Below, piece by piece: positions 52,424 to 62,278 of a stretch of 64,000 bases of DNA. A model generated the notes under the pieces. That model searched no databases. It was not told where the DNA came from and saw only the letters and a program-made list of their open reading frames with translations. The DNA lies in the IMG/VR virus record IMGVR_UViG_3300021197_001489, positions 252,013 through 316,012 of that record; one strand, given 5' to 3'. A program made the position numbers and the translations under genes. Positions within the stretch are counted from its first letter, which is position 1. Every line of letters begins with the position of its first letter.

Positions 52424-54574
52424 ATGGCAAGACAAGTAATTAATGTAGGCGCAACCGCAAATGACGGCACCGGAGACGGTCTCCGTACTGCCTATATCAA
52501 GTGTAACGATAACTTTCAAGAACTGTATCAAACCTCAACAACTCCTATACAGATTGTCAACGGCACTTCAAACGTAGCAGTTACTGAAAATGCCAATGTC
52601 ACGGTATCAATTGCTGGCAGTGCCAATGTTGTAAACTTTGCTGGCAGCATAACAGAATTTACCGGTAATGCTTCTATCAGTGGCGACCTGTCTATTGGTA
52701 ACAGTGTAACTGTTACACAGGACGTTACAATAAGTGATCAACTTATTATTGTAGGCACCCTGGGCAGCAATATGATTCCTGACGGTAACGGCACTAGAGA
52801 CTTAGGGTCAAATGCAGCAAAATGGAAGGACCTATATCTAAGCGGTACCAGTACCGTCCTTGGAAATATAACGTCATCAGCAAACATAGCTGGTGCTAAT
52901 ATTATTGCATCACAAGATGTTATAATTGCCGGGCAACATGTCACAACTGGAAATGTAACAGCTGGGAACATAATCACTGCTGGTGTTGTCACTGCAACAG
53001 GTAATGTCACCGGTGGAAACTTGGTTACAGGCGGTTCTGTAGCAGCAACTGGAGATATTAGCGGCGCAGCTATTACAGCAACAGGCAACTTTAGTGCATT
53101 AAATATTACTGCAACAGGCAGTGCAAACATAACTGCTGGCGGCTTTTTTGTAGGTGATGGTGGATTTTTATCCAACGTCACTGCCGCGTCAAACGTTGCA
53201 GTAACTCAAATTGCCAACGGAACATCAGTTGTAGGCATAAGTTCATCAGGTGGTAACGTTGAACTTACATCAGGTGGTGTATTAACATTCCAATCAAACG
53301 GCACAAACTTAGACGTACTTCGACCACTCACAGTAACTGGTAACGTAACTGCTACTGGAAACACAAGCGGCGGTAACTTAATTACAGCTGGTAGAGTTGT
53401 TAGTACAGGAAACATAGTATCAAGTGGTAATATCAGTGCTGTAAACTTCTTAGGTAACGGTAGTTTCTTAACGGGCGTTGCATCAACTGCTATAACAAAC
53501 GGCACATCAAATGTCACAGTTGCAAGTGGCGCTGCTACAACAGTTGGAGTTGCTGGCACTACTAGGCTTACTGTAAGTGCAACTGGCGCCGCTGTAGCAG
53601 GACTAATAACTGCAACTGGCAATATTACTGCTACAGGTAATGTAGCAGGCGGAAACGTAGTAACTGGTGGTTTAATAACTGCAACAGGCAATATCACTGC
53701 TACAGGTAATGTAGCAGGTGGAAACCTAGTAACTGGTGGTGCAGTAATTGCTACCGGGGCAGTAACTGGTGCAACACTTGCCGGTGACGGATCAGCATTA
53801 ACTGCACTAAATGGAACCAATATAGCAAGTGGTACAGTTGCAGCCGCTAGAGTGGCAACACTCAACCAAAATACAACTGGTAGTGCAGCCACACTCACAA
53901 CCGCAAGAGCAATTGCACTAACAGGTGACGTAACTGGTACTGCCGACTTTGATGGTAGTGCAGGCATTAGTATTGCGGCTACTATTGCAGCTAACTCAGT
54001 TGCACTTGGCACAGACACAACAGGTAATTATGTTGCTACAGGTGCAGTTAGCGGTGTTGGTCTTAGTGGTAGTTCAAGTAGTGAAGGTGGTACATTTACT
54101 GTAACATCAAATGCTACAAATCTTAACACAGCCTCAACTATTGTTGCAAGAGATGCCTCAGGTAACTTTGTTGCTGGCACAATAACTGCACTTGCAACTT
54201 CAGCACAATATGCTGACATTGCAGAGATGTATAGCAGTGATCACCCACACGAACCCGGCACAGTGCTAGAGTTTGGCGGTGCAGCAGAAGTAACCCGTAG
54301 CAGTCAAGACGCTTCGCCAAGAGTAGCAGGAGTAGTGAGTACCAAGCCAGCACACTTGATGAACAACGAACAAGATGGTGTTGCAGTTGCATTGGTAGGG
54401 CGCGTACCAACACATGTTGTTGGTCCTGTGCGCAAAGGTGACATGATGGTTGCCACAGCAAATGGCAGAGCAAGAGCCGAGGCTAATCCAGCAATGGGAA
54501 CTGTGATTGGCAAAGCACTGGAAAATTTTGATGATGCTCAAGGGACAATTGAAGTAGTAGTAGGAAGGTTCTAA
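52424..54574 (+). CDS. Tail fibre protein
   Basis: gp9/gp10-like N-terminus, TATGN[IV] repeats, C-terminal YADIAE...PGTV...G..VAL.GRVP...G.VIGKALE chaperone-like domain. Confidence 0.85.
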   Translation: MARQVINVGATANDGTGDGLRTAYIKCNDNFQELYQTSTTPIQIVNGTSNVAVTENANVTVSIAGSANVVNFAGSITEFTGNASISGDLSIGNSVTVTQDVTISDQLIIVGTLGSNMIPDGNGTRDLGSNAAKWKDLYLSGTSTVLGNITSSANIAGANIIASQDVIIAGQHVTTGNVTAGNIITAGVVTATGNVTGGNLVTGGSVAATGDISGAAITATGNFSALNITATGSANITAGGFFVGDGGFLSNVTAASNVAVTQIANGTSVVGISSSGGNVELTSGGVLTFQSNGTNLDVLRPLTVTGNVTATGNTSGGNLITAGRVVSTGNIVSSGNISAVNFLGNGSFLTGVASTAITNGTSNVTVASGAATTVGVAGTTRLTVSATGAAVAGLITATGNITATGNVAGGNVVTGGLITATGNITATGNVAGGNLVTGGAVIATGAVTGATLAGDGSALTALNGTNIASGTVAAARVATLNQNTTGSAATLTTARAIALTGDVTGTADFDGSAGISIAATIAANSVALGTDTTGNYVATGAVSGVGLSGSSSSEGGTFTVTSNATNLNTASTIVARDASGNFVAGTITALATSAQYADIAEMYSSDHPHEPGTVLEFGGAAEVTRSSQDASPRVAGVVSTKPAHLMNNEQDGVAVALVGRVPTHVVGPVRKGDMMVATANGRARAEANPAMGTVIGKALENFDDAQGTIEVVVGRF
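53604..53740 (+). repeat. Two-copy 69-nt (23-aa) tandem repeat in the tail fibre
   Basis: LITATGNITATGNVAGGNVVTGG / LITATGNITATGNVAGGNLVTGG, units starting at 53604 and 53673. Confidence 0.9.
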
Positions 54575-57500
54575 ATGGCACAACCAGTTTGGGTAACACC
54601 TGCAGGAGACCTCGGAACTATTGCCGAAAGTTTGTTCTTCCAAGTACCAATTGAAGCAACTGACTCAGATGGCTCAACAGTAAAGTACAGTTTGATAGCT
54701 GGCAAACTTCCTGAAGGTATTCAAGTAACAGAAAACGGTAGCATTGAAGGTGTACCGCTGGCATATGCTAGAGTCAAGGGTGTACCAACTGAAGTTTCTG
54801 AAAACGTAACATCAACATTTGCAGTCCGAGCTACTAGTACAGTTGATAGTCAAATTAACGACAGAACATTTGAGTTAACTGTTACTGGTCAAGATATTCC
54901 AACATTTACTACACCAGCTGGGTCGCTAGGCACATTTTTTGACAGTGATATAATTAATATTACAATTGGGTTTACTGATCAAGATCCTAACGATACTGTG
55001 GTAATCACAGTTGACAACGGAGAATTACCACCCGGATTAACTATCAATCCTACAACTGGTGTGATATCAGGATATATAGTGCCAGTAAGCAATTTGCCTG
55101 ATGATGCTACTTCAGGATTTGATGCTAGTGAATGGGATTTGTATCCGTTTGATTTTTCTACTCGCAGTATAAACAAAACCTATGAATTTACACTGAGCAT
55201 TACAGATGGTAAAGATCAAAATTTAAGAACGTTTTCAATGTATGTGGGCAGTCGCGACAGTTTAACCGCAGACACCACAGACTTTACAGCAGACAGTGAA
55301 GTGTTGACAGCAGATCTGTCGCCACAGCGTACTCCACTTATTACAAATTTCCCAGCAGCGGATCCACCATATGCAGCAGGATTTATTGGCCTGTTTAGAC
55401 ATGACAATTTCTTTGCATACCAAATTCTAGGATTGGATCTTGATGGAGACGCATTTGAATTTGAAATTGCATTAGGAGATTCAAGTGACATTCCCCCTGG
55501 ATTGGTATTTGATAGATTCACAGGTTGGCTAACTGGCTTCTTCCCAGATCAAGGTGCAACAGAAAAAGACTACAGTTTTGCTATCACCATTTACAAAAAA
55601 GACAACAACGCAGTTGTAAGCGAACCTTATAACTATACGATGTCGGTTATAGGCAGTATTGAAAGTTCAGTTACTTGGCTGACCGGCACATTGATTCCAG
55701 ACAGAGATGTGAATGATCCAATATACAGTCTTGGCACAATAGACAACGGCGAAACCAGCATGCTGGCTGTTAAAGCAACCAATCCAAGTGGGCGTTTTTT
55801 ACAATTTAAACTAAAAGCTGGCAGCTATCCAAGCACACCAGGGCAGTACAACTTGCTACCACAAGGGTTGCAACTTTTGGCTAGCGGTGAAATTGCCGGA
55901 CGTGTAAGTTTTAATACCTTTGCAATTGATGGAGGAACAACCACATTTGACAAAAATACCACAACAAGGCTTGAGAACGCTGAAACCACATTTGATAAAG
56001 CCTTTGACTTCACTGTGGTTGCATATAGCAGTGATGGCCTGGTCAGTGTAAGCAGAAAGTTCCGTATCACAGTTGACAGAGCATACAACTCACCATATAA
56101 TGGATTATATATCAAAGCCATGCCGGATCAAGCAGATAGAAATTTTGTAAACAGCCTTTTACAAGACACAGATATCATTCCTCCTAGTCGTGTATATCGT
56201 CCTGATGATCCCTATTTTGGTGTGGCTAAAGATGTGGTATACAATCATGCATACAGTTTAGACACTGCTACACTTGACGAATACTTACTTGCATTAAGCA
56301 AAAACCATTTTCGCAAAAAGATTATTCTTGGACCTATTAAAACAGCACAAGCACTCAATCCCGACGGGTCTGTTGAATACGAAGTTGTTTACAGCGACAT
56401 TGTTGACACAGGAGTGAATAGTTTAGGACAAAGTCCAGCACAAAGTATCACACTTCCTTATCCTGCAACAGTGTACAGCGAAACAGCCACTGAAGCACGA
56501 CAATTGTTTGAAGACAACTTCACCAACGGCAACGTTGCAGATGCAAATGTAACTGCACTGGATCAAATGAGTGTTGCTTACTTGGAAGAGTCAAGAGACC
56601 TAAACATGTTGGCAAACATTGCAAGTCAGATGGCAAAAGATTGGATAGCTGATGGACAACCTGGAGACCCTGCTCCAATATGGACTGGCGATAAGTATAT
56701 TCCAAATCCCAAAGTAAACGATGTGTTCAACTGGACTCCCAGTAACCAATGTCCTGTAAACATGGAAGAGCCGCTTAGATATGACAAATTTAAAACACAG
56801 TTAGCAGCTCTAACAGCCAATGACATAATATGGTGTGATTACACAGTTGAAGTGGATGATAAAGCTGATCCTGAAGGTAAGAAGAAGAAAACTGTTCGCA
56901 GTATTGCTCCTTTTGGATGGCTAATCGAATACGGTGATACTGCGTACATTGTGATGCGTGGTACACAAAATGAATATGATGGCAAGATCGACACCATGGC
57001 AGCCAAAGTTATCAATCCAATTGCTGGATTTGGCAAAGGCAAAACACACAACGGATTTACTATTGCTTACAAAGGGCTTGGTCCAAAAGGCGAAGAGCGT
57101 CCTGCAGATGTCCCAGGTATCAGTTTGTTTGATGCACTAAACAACACCACTAAAACAAAAATCAAAATTGGCGGACACAGCCTTGGCAGTGCAATCAGCA
57201 CACTTATAACCAATTATGCACAAACTTTTAACAAGTTTGACCGCATTGAAGGATATGTAAGCGCATCACCAACAGTGGGCAATCAAAAATACGCCGACTA
57301 TTTCAATGCTCTTCAAGACAAAGACGGCAACATGCTGGGCAACACTTTCTACAGACTCACAAACAAAAATGATATTGTGCCAATGATACCTGGATCATGG
57401 TTACAATATATAGCAGTAGCACAAGAAGTGTTATTTGATGCTCCTTACACTGATCCTGATAACCTTGTAAAAACTGCAAAAAATCATCAGATTTGTTGTT

Positions 57501-58441
57501 GCTATGCGTATGCACTTAAACATCCACTGGATGTATTCAATCCTAGCAATGAAGATTCATCATGCAAGTTCCCTGTTGGACCGGCAAGTCCGGATTATTT
57601 CTCACTGGAACAACATCTTGACAGTTTGATATTGTATTACGGTTCGTGGGTAGATAACCCTGATGGCACAGTTTCCACCACTTTCACTACTGTATACCCA
57701 AACAGTTTGATCAATATGAGAGATCAAGTGATTGATGTAGTAGGACAACAAAGTACAGTACTTCCGCTGTGGATGACCACAAAGCAAACAGACGGCAGAG
57801 TGTTAGGATTTACCAAGGCATGGGTAATTTGCTATGCACAACCTGGTGAAAGTGACCGAATCAGTTACAACATACGCACACAGTTTGGCGAAATATTAAA
57901 CAGAGTAGACTTCATCAGTGATAGATATATCCTGGACAATCAACTAACTGCCGCTTGGGTACCAAACGAAGACTCAACAGACGGCGGCAACTGGAATCCA
58001 AGTCCACCACTTAGCACAACGTTTGATGTCGACTTTTACGTTGACTGGACTGCAATATCAACTGCTATACTTGGAATTGCTGTTGGCCTCACCAATAATT
58101 TAAGTCCAGTTGCAAATGCTGTTACGAGTGGATTTGCCAACGGCGACTTCAACGAAAGTGGTGTTATTACTGCCGCAGATGCACTTGATGCGGCCAAATT
58201 CGGAGCTGATACGTTAGAAGATGGTACTGCAAAAACACGCATCCAAACTATTTTTGAGCCAGCACTAAGACTTGCACGGACTAACGACCCAACAACGTAT
58301 AATGAATATTTTGTTGGTGCAGGAAACACAACCACATTTGATGGCAACAGTTTGAGGTTTACTAGCCCTGTGGATGTTTACGGCAAGACGGACAAGTATG
58401 ATAAATACCTCGTATTCCCCAAGACGAATATTTTAGGATAA
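54575..58441 (+). CDS. Baseplate wedge-like structural protein with inserted class-3 lipase domain
   Basis: Ig/cadherin-like W.TPAG.LG repeats with GxLPxGL; internal IVMRGT, HNGF, GGHSLG, NxNDIVP, NH; wedge-like C-terminus. Confidence 0.8.
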   Translation: MAQPVWVTPAGDLGTIAESLFFQVPIEATDSDGSTVKYSLIAGKLPEGIQVTENGSIEGVPLAYARVKGVPTEVSENVTSTFAVRATSTVDSQINDRTFELTVTGQDIPTFTTPAGSLGTFFDSDIINITIGFTDQDPNDTVVITVDNGELPPGLTINPTTGVISGYIVPVSNLPDDATSGFDASEWDLYPFDFSTRSINKTYEFTLSITDGKDQNLRTFSMYVGSRDSLTADTTDFTADSEVLTADLSPQRTPLITNFPAADPPYAAGFIGLFRHDNFFAYQILGLDLDGDAFEFEIALGDSSDIPPGLVFDRFTGWLTGFFPDQGATEKDYSFAITIYKKDNNAVVSEPYNYTMSVIGSIESSVTWLTGTLIPDRDVNDPIYSLGTIDNGETSMLAVKATNPSGRFLQFKLKAGSYPSTPGQYNLLPQGLQLLASGEIAGRVSFNTFAIDGGTTTFDKNTTTRLENAETTFDKAFDFTVVAYSSDGLVSVSRKFRITVDRAYNSPYNGLYIKAMPDQADRNFVNSLLQDTDIIPPSRVYRPDDPYFGVAKDVVYNHAYSLDTATLDEYLLALSKNHFRKKIILGPIKTAQALNPDGSVEYEVVYSDIVDTGVNSLGQSPAQSITLPYPATVYSETATEARQLFEDNFTNGNVADANVTALDQMSVAYLEESRDLNMLANIASQMAKDWIADGQPGDPAPIWTGDKYIPNPKVNDVFNWTPSNQCPVNMEEPLRYDKFKTQLAALTANDIIWCDYTVEVDDKADPEGKKKKTVRSIAPFGWLIEYGDTAYIVMRGTQNEYDGKIDTMAAKVINPIAGFGKGKTHNGFTIAYKGLGPKGEERPADVPGISLFDALNNTTKTKIKIGGHSLGSAISTLITNYAQTFNKFDRIEGYVSASPTVGNQKYADYFNALQDKDGNMLGNTFYRLTNKNDIVPMIPGSWLQYIAVAQEVLFDAPYTDPDNLVKTAKNHQICCCYAYALKHPLDVFNPSNEDSSCKFPVGPASPDYFSLEQHLDSLILYYGSWVDNPDGTVSTTFTTVYPNSLINMRDQVIDVVGQQSTVLPLWMTTKQTDGRVLGFTKAWVICYAQPGESDRISYNIRTQFGEILNRVDFISDRYILDNQLTAAWVPNEDSTDGGNWNPSPPLSTTFDVDFYVDWTAISTAILGIAVGLTNNLSPVANAVTSGFANGDFNESGVITAADALDAAKFGADTLEDGTAKTRIQTIFEPALRLARTNDPTTYNEYFVGAGNTTTFDGNSLRFTSPVDVYGKTDKYDKYLVFPKTNILG

Positions 58442-58453
58442 AAAGAGAGAAAC

Positions 58454-59362
58454 ATGGCAAGCAACATCAACCCCAACAATATCGATACCACCTACCCTAT
58501 TGCTGGGCAGGATAACGACAGCCAGGGCTTTCGTGATAACTTTACAAACGTCAAAACAAACTTTGAATATGCAGAGACTGAAATTGATGATTTGCAAGCA
58601 AAAGGTATCTTCAAAAGTGCGCTGACCGGCACAACATTAGACAACGACATGGCAGGCGGACTAATCAAAAACGCAAAAACACAAGGTTTTCGCGGGACAC
58701 GCATTGCACTTGGTGCAGTAACTGGTTCAACAGCAATTGATTATAGTGCAGGACAGTGGTATACTGTTACTACATCTGGATCAATTACACTGGCATTTAG
58801 TAATATTCCAGCAAGCGGCAACGCAAGTTGGTTTAATGTTCGAATCAATGTTGCCAACATTGCACACACTGTTACACTTCCAGCCACAGTTGGAGCAAGT
58901 GGTTCTGCACAGAGTGTAGCCGGCATCCAAGGCATCAGTTCAAATGTAATTACATTTAACGAAACTGGCACCTATGAGTTTGAATTCCACACAGATGACG
59001 GTGGAACAACAATTTACCTAAGTGAACTAACACGCCCACGCAACAGACTGATGAATCCAATACAGCTTGCAGGCAGTGAAGATTTAGCCGCATCTGGTGC
59101 AGCCAGTTTAGCAAAGACTACCAGTTACTTTACAACAGGCGGTGCAGAAACAAGCACACTAGCCGCAGGTGTTGAAGGACAAGTTAAAGTCCTTGCTATG
59201 CTAGGCGATGGCGGTGATATGGTAACCACAGTGACTAATGCAGGATGGAAAGCATCAGGCACAGGTATTATTACATTCAGCGACATTGGCGAAGCAGTAA
59301 CACTTATGTATATCAATAGCAAATGGTTTTGCATTGGTAACAACGGCGCTGCGTTTGGATAA
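58454..59362 (+). CDS. Putative baseplate/virion structural protein
   Basis: MASNINPNNIDTTYPIAGQDNDSQGFRDNF N-terminus; beta-rich domains; lies in the structural cluster. Confidence 0.8.
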   Translation: MASNINPNNIDTTYPIAGQDNDSQGFRDNFTNVKTNFEYAETEIDDLQAKGIFKSALTGTTLDNDMAGGLIKNAKTQGFRGTRIALGAVTGSTAIDYSAGQWYTVTTSGSITLAFSNIPASGNASWFNVRINVANIAHTVTLPATVGASGSAQSVAGIQGISSNVITFNETGTYEFEFHTDDGGTTIYLSELTRPRNRLMNPIQLAGSEDLAASGAASLAKTTSYFTTGGAETSTLAAGVEGQVKVLAMLGDGGDMVTTVTNAGWKASGTGIITFSDIGEAVTLMYINSKWFCIGNNGAAFG

Positions 59363-59377
59363 CGGTAAATTAAATTA

Positions 59378-59425
59378 TTGACATACTGACTCCTCTACGC
59401 TATAATTAGTAAAGTGTAGAGGAGT
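59378..59425 (+). promoter_or_regulatory. Sigma70 promoter nested in an RBS-sequestering hairpin
   Basis: TTGACA-N17-TATAAT; ACTCCTCTACGC (59389-59400) pairs with GTGTAGAGGAGT (59414-59425). Confidence 0.75.
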
Positions 59426-59429
59426 TTTT

Positions 59430-59840
59430 ATGACACAAGTAGATTTAAATCGTTACAAAGAATTTGTTCAAACAGTAACAAGCGAACAAAGCAATGATAC
59501 AATAGCAATGCATCTGGCAATGACTGAACTAGAAGCAGTTAGTGGTGTTAACATGGCACTGTTGTTGACTGGTGCAGTTGGACTTAGTGCTGAAGGTGGC
59601 GAGTTTATGGAAATTGTAAAGAAGTGCATCTTTCAAGGCAAACCCATGGATGAAGATACGCAGTTCCATGCAAAACGTGAATTGGGAGACATCATGTGGT
59701 ACTGGATTAACAGTTGCCGCGCACTCAACATTGATCCCAATGATGTTATTGAAGAAAATGTACGCAAATTAGAAAAACGCTATCCCGGCGGAAGTTTTGA
59801 TGTGCATTACTCAGAGAACAGACAAGCAGGCGATCTCTAG
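59430..59840 (+). CDS. mazG: MazG-like nucleotide pyrophosphohydrolase
   Basis: GLSAEGGEFMEIVKK, ELGDIMWY, NVRKLEKRYPGG.F. Confidence 0.9.
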   Translation: MTQVDLNRYKEFVQTVTSEQSNDTIAMHLAMTELEAVSGVNMALLLTGAVGLSAEGGEFMEIVKKCIFQGKPMDEDTQFHAKRELGDIMWYWINSCRALNIDPNDVIEENVRKLEKRYPGGSFDVHYSENRQAGDL

Positions 59841-60064
59841 TGGAACATCCGTTAATTGGTAACATTGACGAGCTGTCCGAAAGTGACATCATTGACAAAA
59901 TTACTGAACTTAACAAAAAGTATTACGCAAGTATGAGACTGGGCAACTCCCACTTAACCAATCAAGTAGGAATGGCACTTGAAACATACCGCAACAAACT
60001 GTCGGAAAAGCAGCGTAAGCGCAGTGCCGGCGACGATTTTGAGGATAAAATAAACATATCATGA
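59840..60064 (+). CDS. Small helical hypothetical protein
   Basis: GTG start overlapping the mazG stop. Confidence 0.75.
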   Translation: MEHPLIGNIDELSESDIIDKITELNKKYYASMRLGNSHLTNQVGMALETYRNKLSEKQRKRSAGDDFEDKINIS

Positions 60065-60705
60065 GCTATGTACGGTTAGGGTTCAACCCACAATTTTATG
60101 CAGCAGTTCACACACCCGACGGTATTATTATGAACAGCTATCATGTAGACATGCAAATGGTAACTGTAAGCAATAACAGTTATGATCAAAACATTGCATT
60201 AGCTCGGGTAAAGTATATCATATTTGAACAATTCTGTAACAGCATTTTCATTGACCAAACAGAAACAGACGCAATTGCTGCATACGAAGCAGCAGGGATG
60301 CAGTGCGTTGGCTTTCCTACCGAACCGGTTGATCAAATTGTAGGTCTTGCGTTATACTTAAAGTTAAATGCAGTTATTGAAGATGTAATACAAATATCAG
60401 ATTTGAACTTGCACAGTGACGCCGGCGGCGGTATCACATATCTGCATCACGATGACGAAGAGATAGGACCGTTTGACGACGAAGGGTGGTGGCACGGCAG
60501 TCATCCAACCTGTGCTATTGGAAAACAAAAAGGCAAAGTGGTAACACTAAATGATACAACTTGGAAAAATGTTGATCTAGAATGGGACGACGAAGACGAT
60601 GATGAACCAGAAGTAGAAGTTGAAATCATTGTTGACGGACATATATTTCCAGAAGAATCAGTTACAGAAAATGTTGTAGAATTCAAACCCAATGATAAAA
60701 AATAA
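60061..60705 (+). CDS. Hypothetical protein with acidic tail
   Basis: 214 aa, contiguous in the operon. Confidence 0.8.
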   Translation: MSYVRLGFNPQFYAAVHTPDGIIMNSYHVDMQMVTVSNNSYDQNIALARVKYIIFEQFCNSIFIDQTETDAIAAYEAAGMQCVGFPTEPVDQIVGLALYLKLNAVIEDVIQISDLNLHSDAGGGITYLHHDDEEIGPFDDEGWWHGSHPTCAIGKQKGKVVTLNDTTWKNVDLEWDDEDDDEPEVEVEIIVDGHIFPEESVTENVVEFKPNDKK

Positions 60706-61180
60706 GTTTGGCGAACAAGTATATAATATAGAAGATGTAGTGGATCTCATAATGAGCGATCAAAACATCTCTGGTATCACTGTGGATCAAACAGTAACAA
60801 CACCTGTTGGTGTTGATGTAGAGTTTTGCACACAAACTGTTGAAGATATCAATGTACAAGAATACGACAAGCGCAATCAACAAAACTGGTTGATGCCTGA
60901 TGAATACAAACAGTTAGACATTGCAGCACACATTATTGATTGCTGCAAGACTGATGCTGAACTACAACGTGCAGCACAAGAATTGTTGTTGTTCCAAGAA
61001 CGTGACTTGTTTAACTTGTTACGGTATCTCAAGTATCTAGTAGACACAATGAAATCCAATAGCATCATTTGGGGTGTTGGTCGAGGATCCAGTGTGGCCA
61101 GTTATGTGTTATACTTGCTAGGGGTACACAGAGTTAACAGCATGTACTATGATTTAGACCCCACCGAATTCCTTAGATAA
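60692..61180 (+). CDS. dnaE: Stand-alone fragment of DNA polymerase III alpha
   Basis: R...EL..F...L...L.Y...LVD......WGVGRGSSVASYVLYLLGVHRVN...YDL...EFLR*, matching the DnaE GRGS region. Confidence 0.8.
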   Translation: MIKNKFGEQVYNIEDVVDLIMSDQNISGITVDQTVTTPVGVDVEFCTQTVEDINVQEYDKRNQQNWLMPDEYKQLDIAAHIIDCCKTDAELQRAAQELLLFQERDLFNLLRYLKYLVDTMKSNSIIWGVGRGSSVASYVLYLLGVHRVNSMYYDLDPTEFLR

Positions 61181-61211
61181 ATATAAAGTACGCATAGAAT
61201 AGGAGTGTTAC

Positions 61212-61679
61212 ATGGCACCAAAACGCACATATCGAACATCGCAAGGCAAGGCGGTTGACCTCGGCGCATTGTTGTTGCAAAATGAAAATGTCAGAGCAGT
61301 TGGCAATATGGGCGTAAATGCCCGCGGTGACAGAATTGACAACAAAGGCAAAGTTGTTGATAGCAAAGTACAGCAGACCAAACGTCAGTACAACAAACAG
61401 ATCGGGCCAGTTGACGAGGTTCCACCAACAAGCCGCCGGGCAGTTGAAGATGTTATGCCAGCGCCAGTTGACAATAGTGCTTCTAAAAAACCAAAGGCCA
61501 AGAAGCCTAAAGTTTCTAAAGCAACGCCAGTTGTAGATGAATCTGTAATTGGTGTGTCGCCGCCATTACCTGCTGGCGGACTTGCTGATGCTATTGCACG
61601 AGCCAGAACTGTTAAACAAGAACAAGCAAAAACCCCAAGACAACTTGCACAAGAAAAAGCTGGAGTGAGAAAAATATAA
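61212..61679 (+). CDS. Basic late hypothetical protein
   Basis: ATAAATA (61177) and AGGAG upstream; AVGNMGVNARGD motif. Confidence 0.8.
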   Translation: MAPKRTYRTSQGKAVDLGALLLQNENVRAVGNMGVNARGDRIDNKGKVVDSKVQQTKRQYNKQIGPVDEVPPTSRRAVEDVMPAPVDNSASKKPKAKKPKVSKATPVVDESVIGVSPPLPAGGLADAIARARTVKQEQAKTPRQLAQEKAGVRKI

Positions 61680-62101
61680 TGGCCAATACACAAAACATTA
61701 ATGCAGTCAAAATCAGTCGTAACGGATTTAAACCTCTACACAGTGATGTCATTGTGGAAGACATGATATTCGGCGAGCGTAGTTTACAAAGCGGTATTAT
61801 TCTGCTCAACGATGATGGACAAGGTCATGGCATTCGTCCACGCTGGGGCAAAGTGTATGCAGTTGGTCCAGAGCAAACTGATGTTGTTCCTGGGCAGTAT
61901 GTAATGGTTGCACATGGACGCTGGAGTCGCGGATACAAGATTCAAGACGATGATGGTGAAACTGTAATCCGCAAAGTTGATCCCAAAGATATGCTCATGG
62001 TCAGTGACGAAGACCCAGGCAATGACGATACACTTAGCGATGCAGTCAGCATTGGCACAAACAGCATGCCAGAATCGAGCAAATTCTACAAAGGCGAATA
62101 G
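61679..62101 (+). CDS. groES: Co-chaperonin GroES
   Basis: FKPLHSDVIV, mobile loop SGIILL, GKVYAVGP, V.PGQYVMV. Confidence 0.88.
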   Translation: MANTQNINAVKISRNGFKPLHSDVIVEDMIFGERSLQSGIILLNDDGQGHGIRPRWGKVYAVGPEQTDVVPGQYVMVAHGRWSRGYKIQDDDGETVIRKVDPKDMLMVSDEDPGNDDTLSDAVSIGTNSMPESSKFYKGE

Positions 62102-62110
62102 CCTTTCTCA

Positions 62111-62139
62111 TTGACATCTCACTGTACATCTGTTATACT
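62111..62139 (+). promoter_or_regulatory. Sigma70-like promoter
   Basis: TTGACA-N17-TATACT with TG extension. Confidence 0.8.
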
Positions 62140-62161
62140 CTAAACAATGATAGGAGTAGTT

Positions 62162-62278
62162 ATGACAGACATATTATTAATAGGATTAGTGGTAGTGTAT
62201 CTTGTGCTAACAGGCATGCAGATGTACAACCTTAGAGAACTGCGTCAAACAATTGAAAAATATATTACAAGAGATTAA
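62162..62278 (+). CDS. 38-aa membrane peptide
   Basis: AGGAG RBS; MTDILLIGLVVVYLVLTGMQ...*. Confidence 0.65.
   Translation: MTDILLIGLVVVYLVLTGMQMYNLRELRQTIEKYITRD

Noticed and set aside
52004-54643. Long antisense ORFs over the fibre genes (e.g. 53206..54018, 52738..53181)
   Set aside because: Shadow frames of Gly/Ala/Thr/Val-rich coding sequence with no RBS or motifs.
56468-57697. Baseplate insertion as an intein or homing endonuclease
   Set aside because: No Cys/Ser start with His-Asn end, and no LAGLIDADG or HNH motif; the motifs present are those of an alpha/beta hydrolase.
61181-61679. Frameshifted continuation of dnaE
   Set aside because: The next ORF has its own late motif and RBS, and no DxD palm motif follows the stop.
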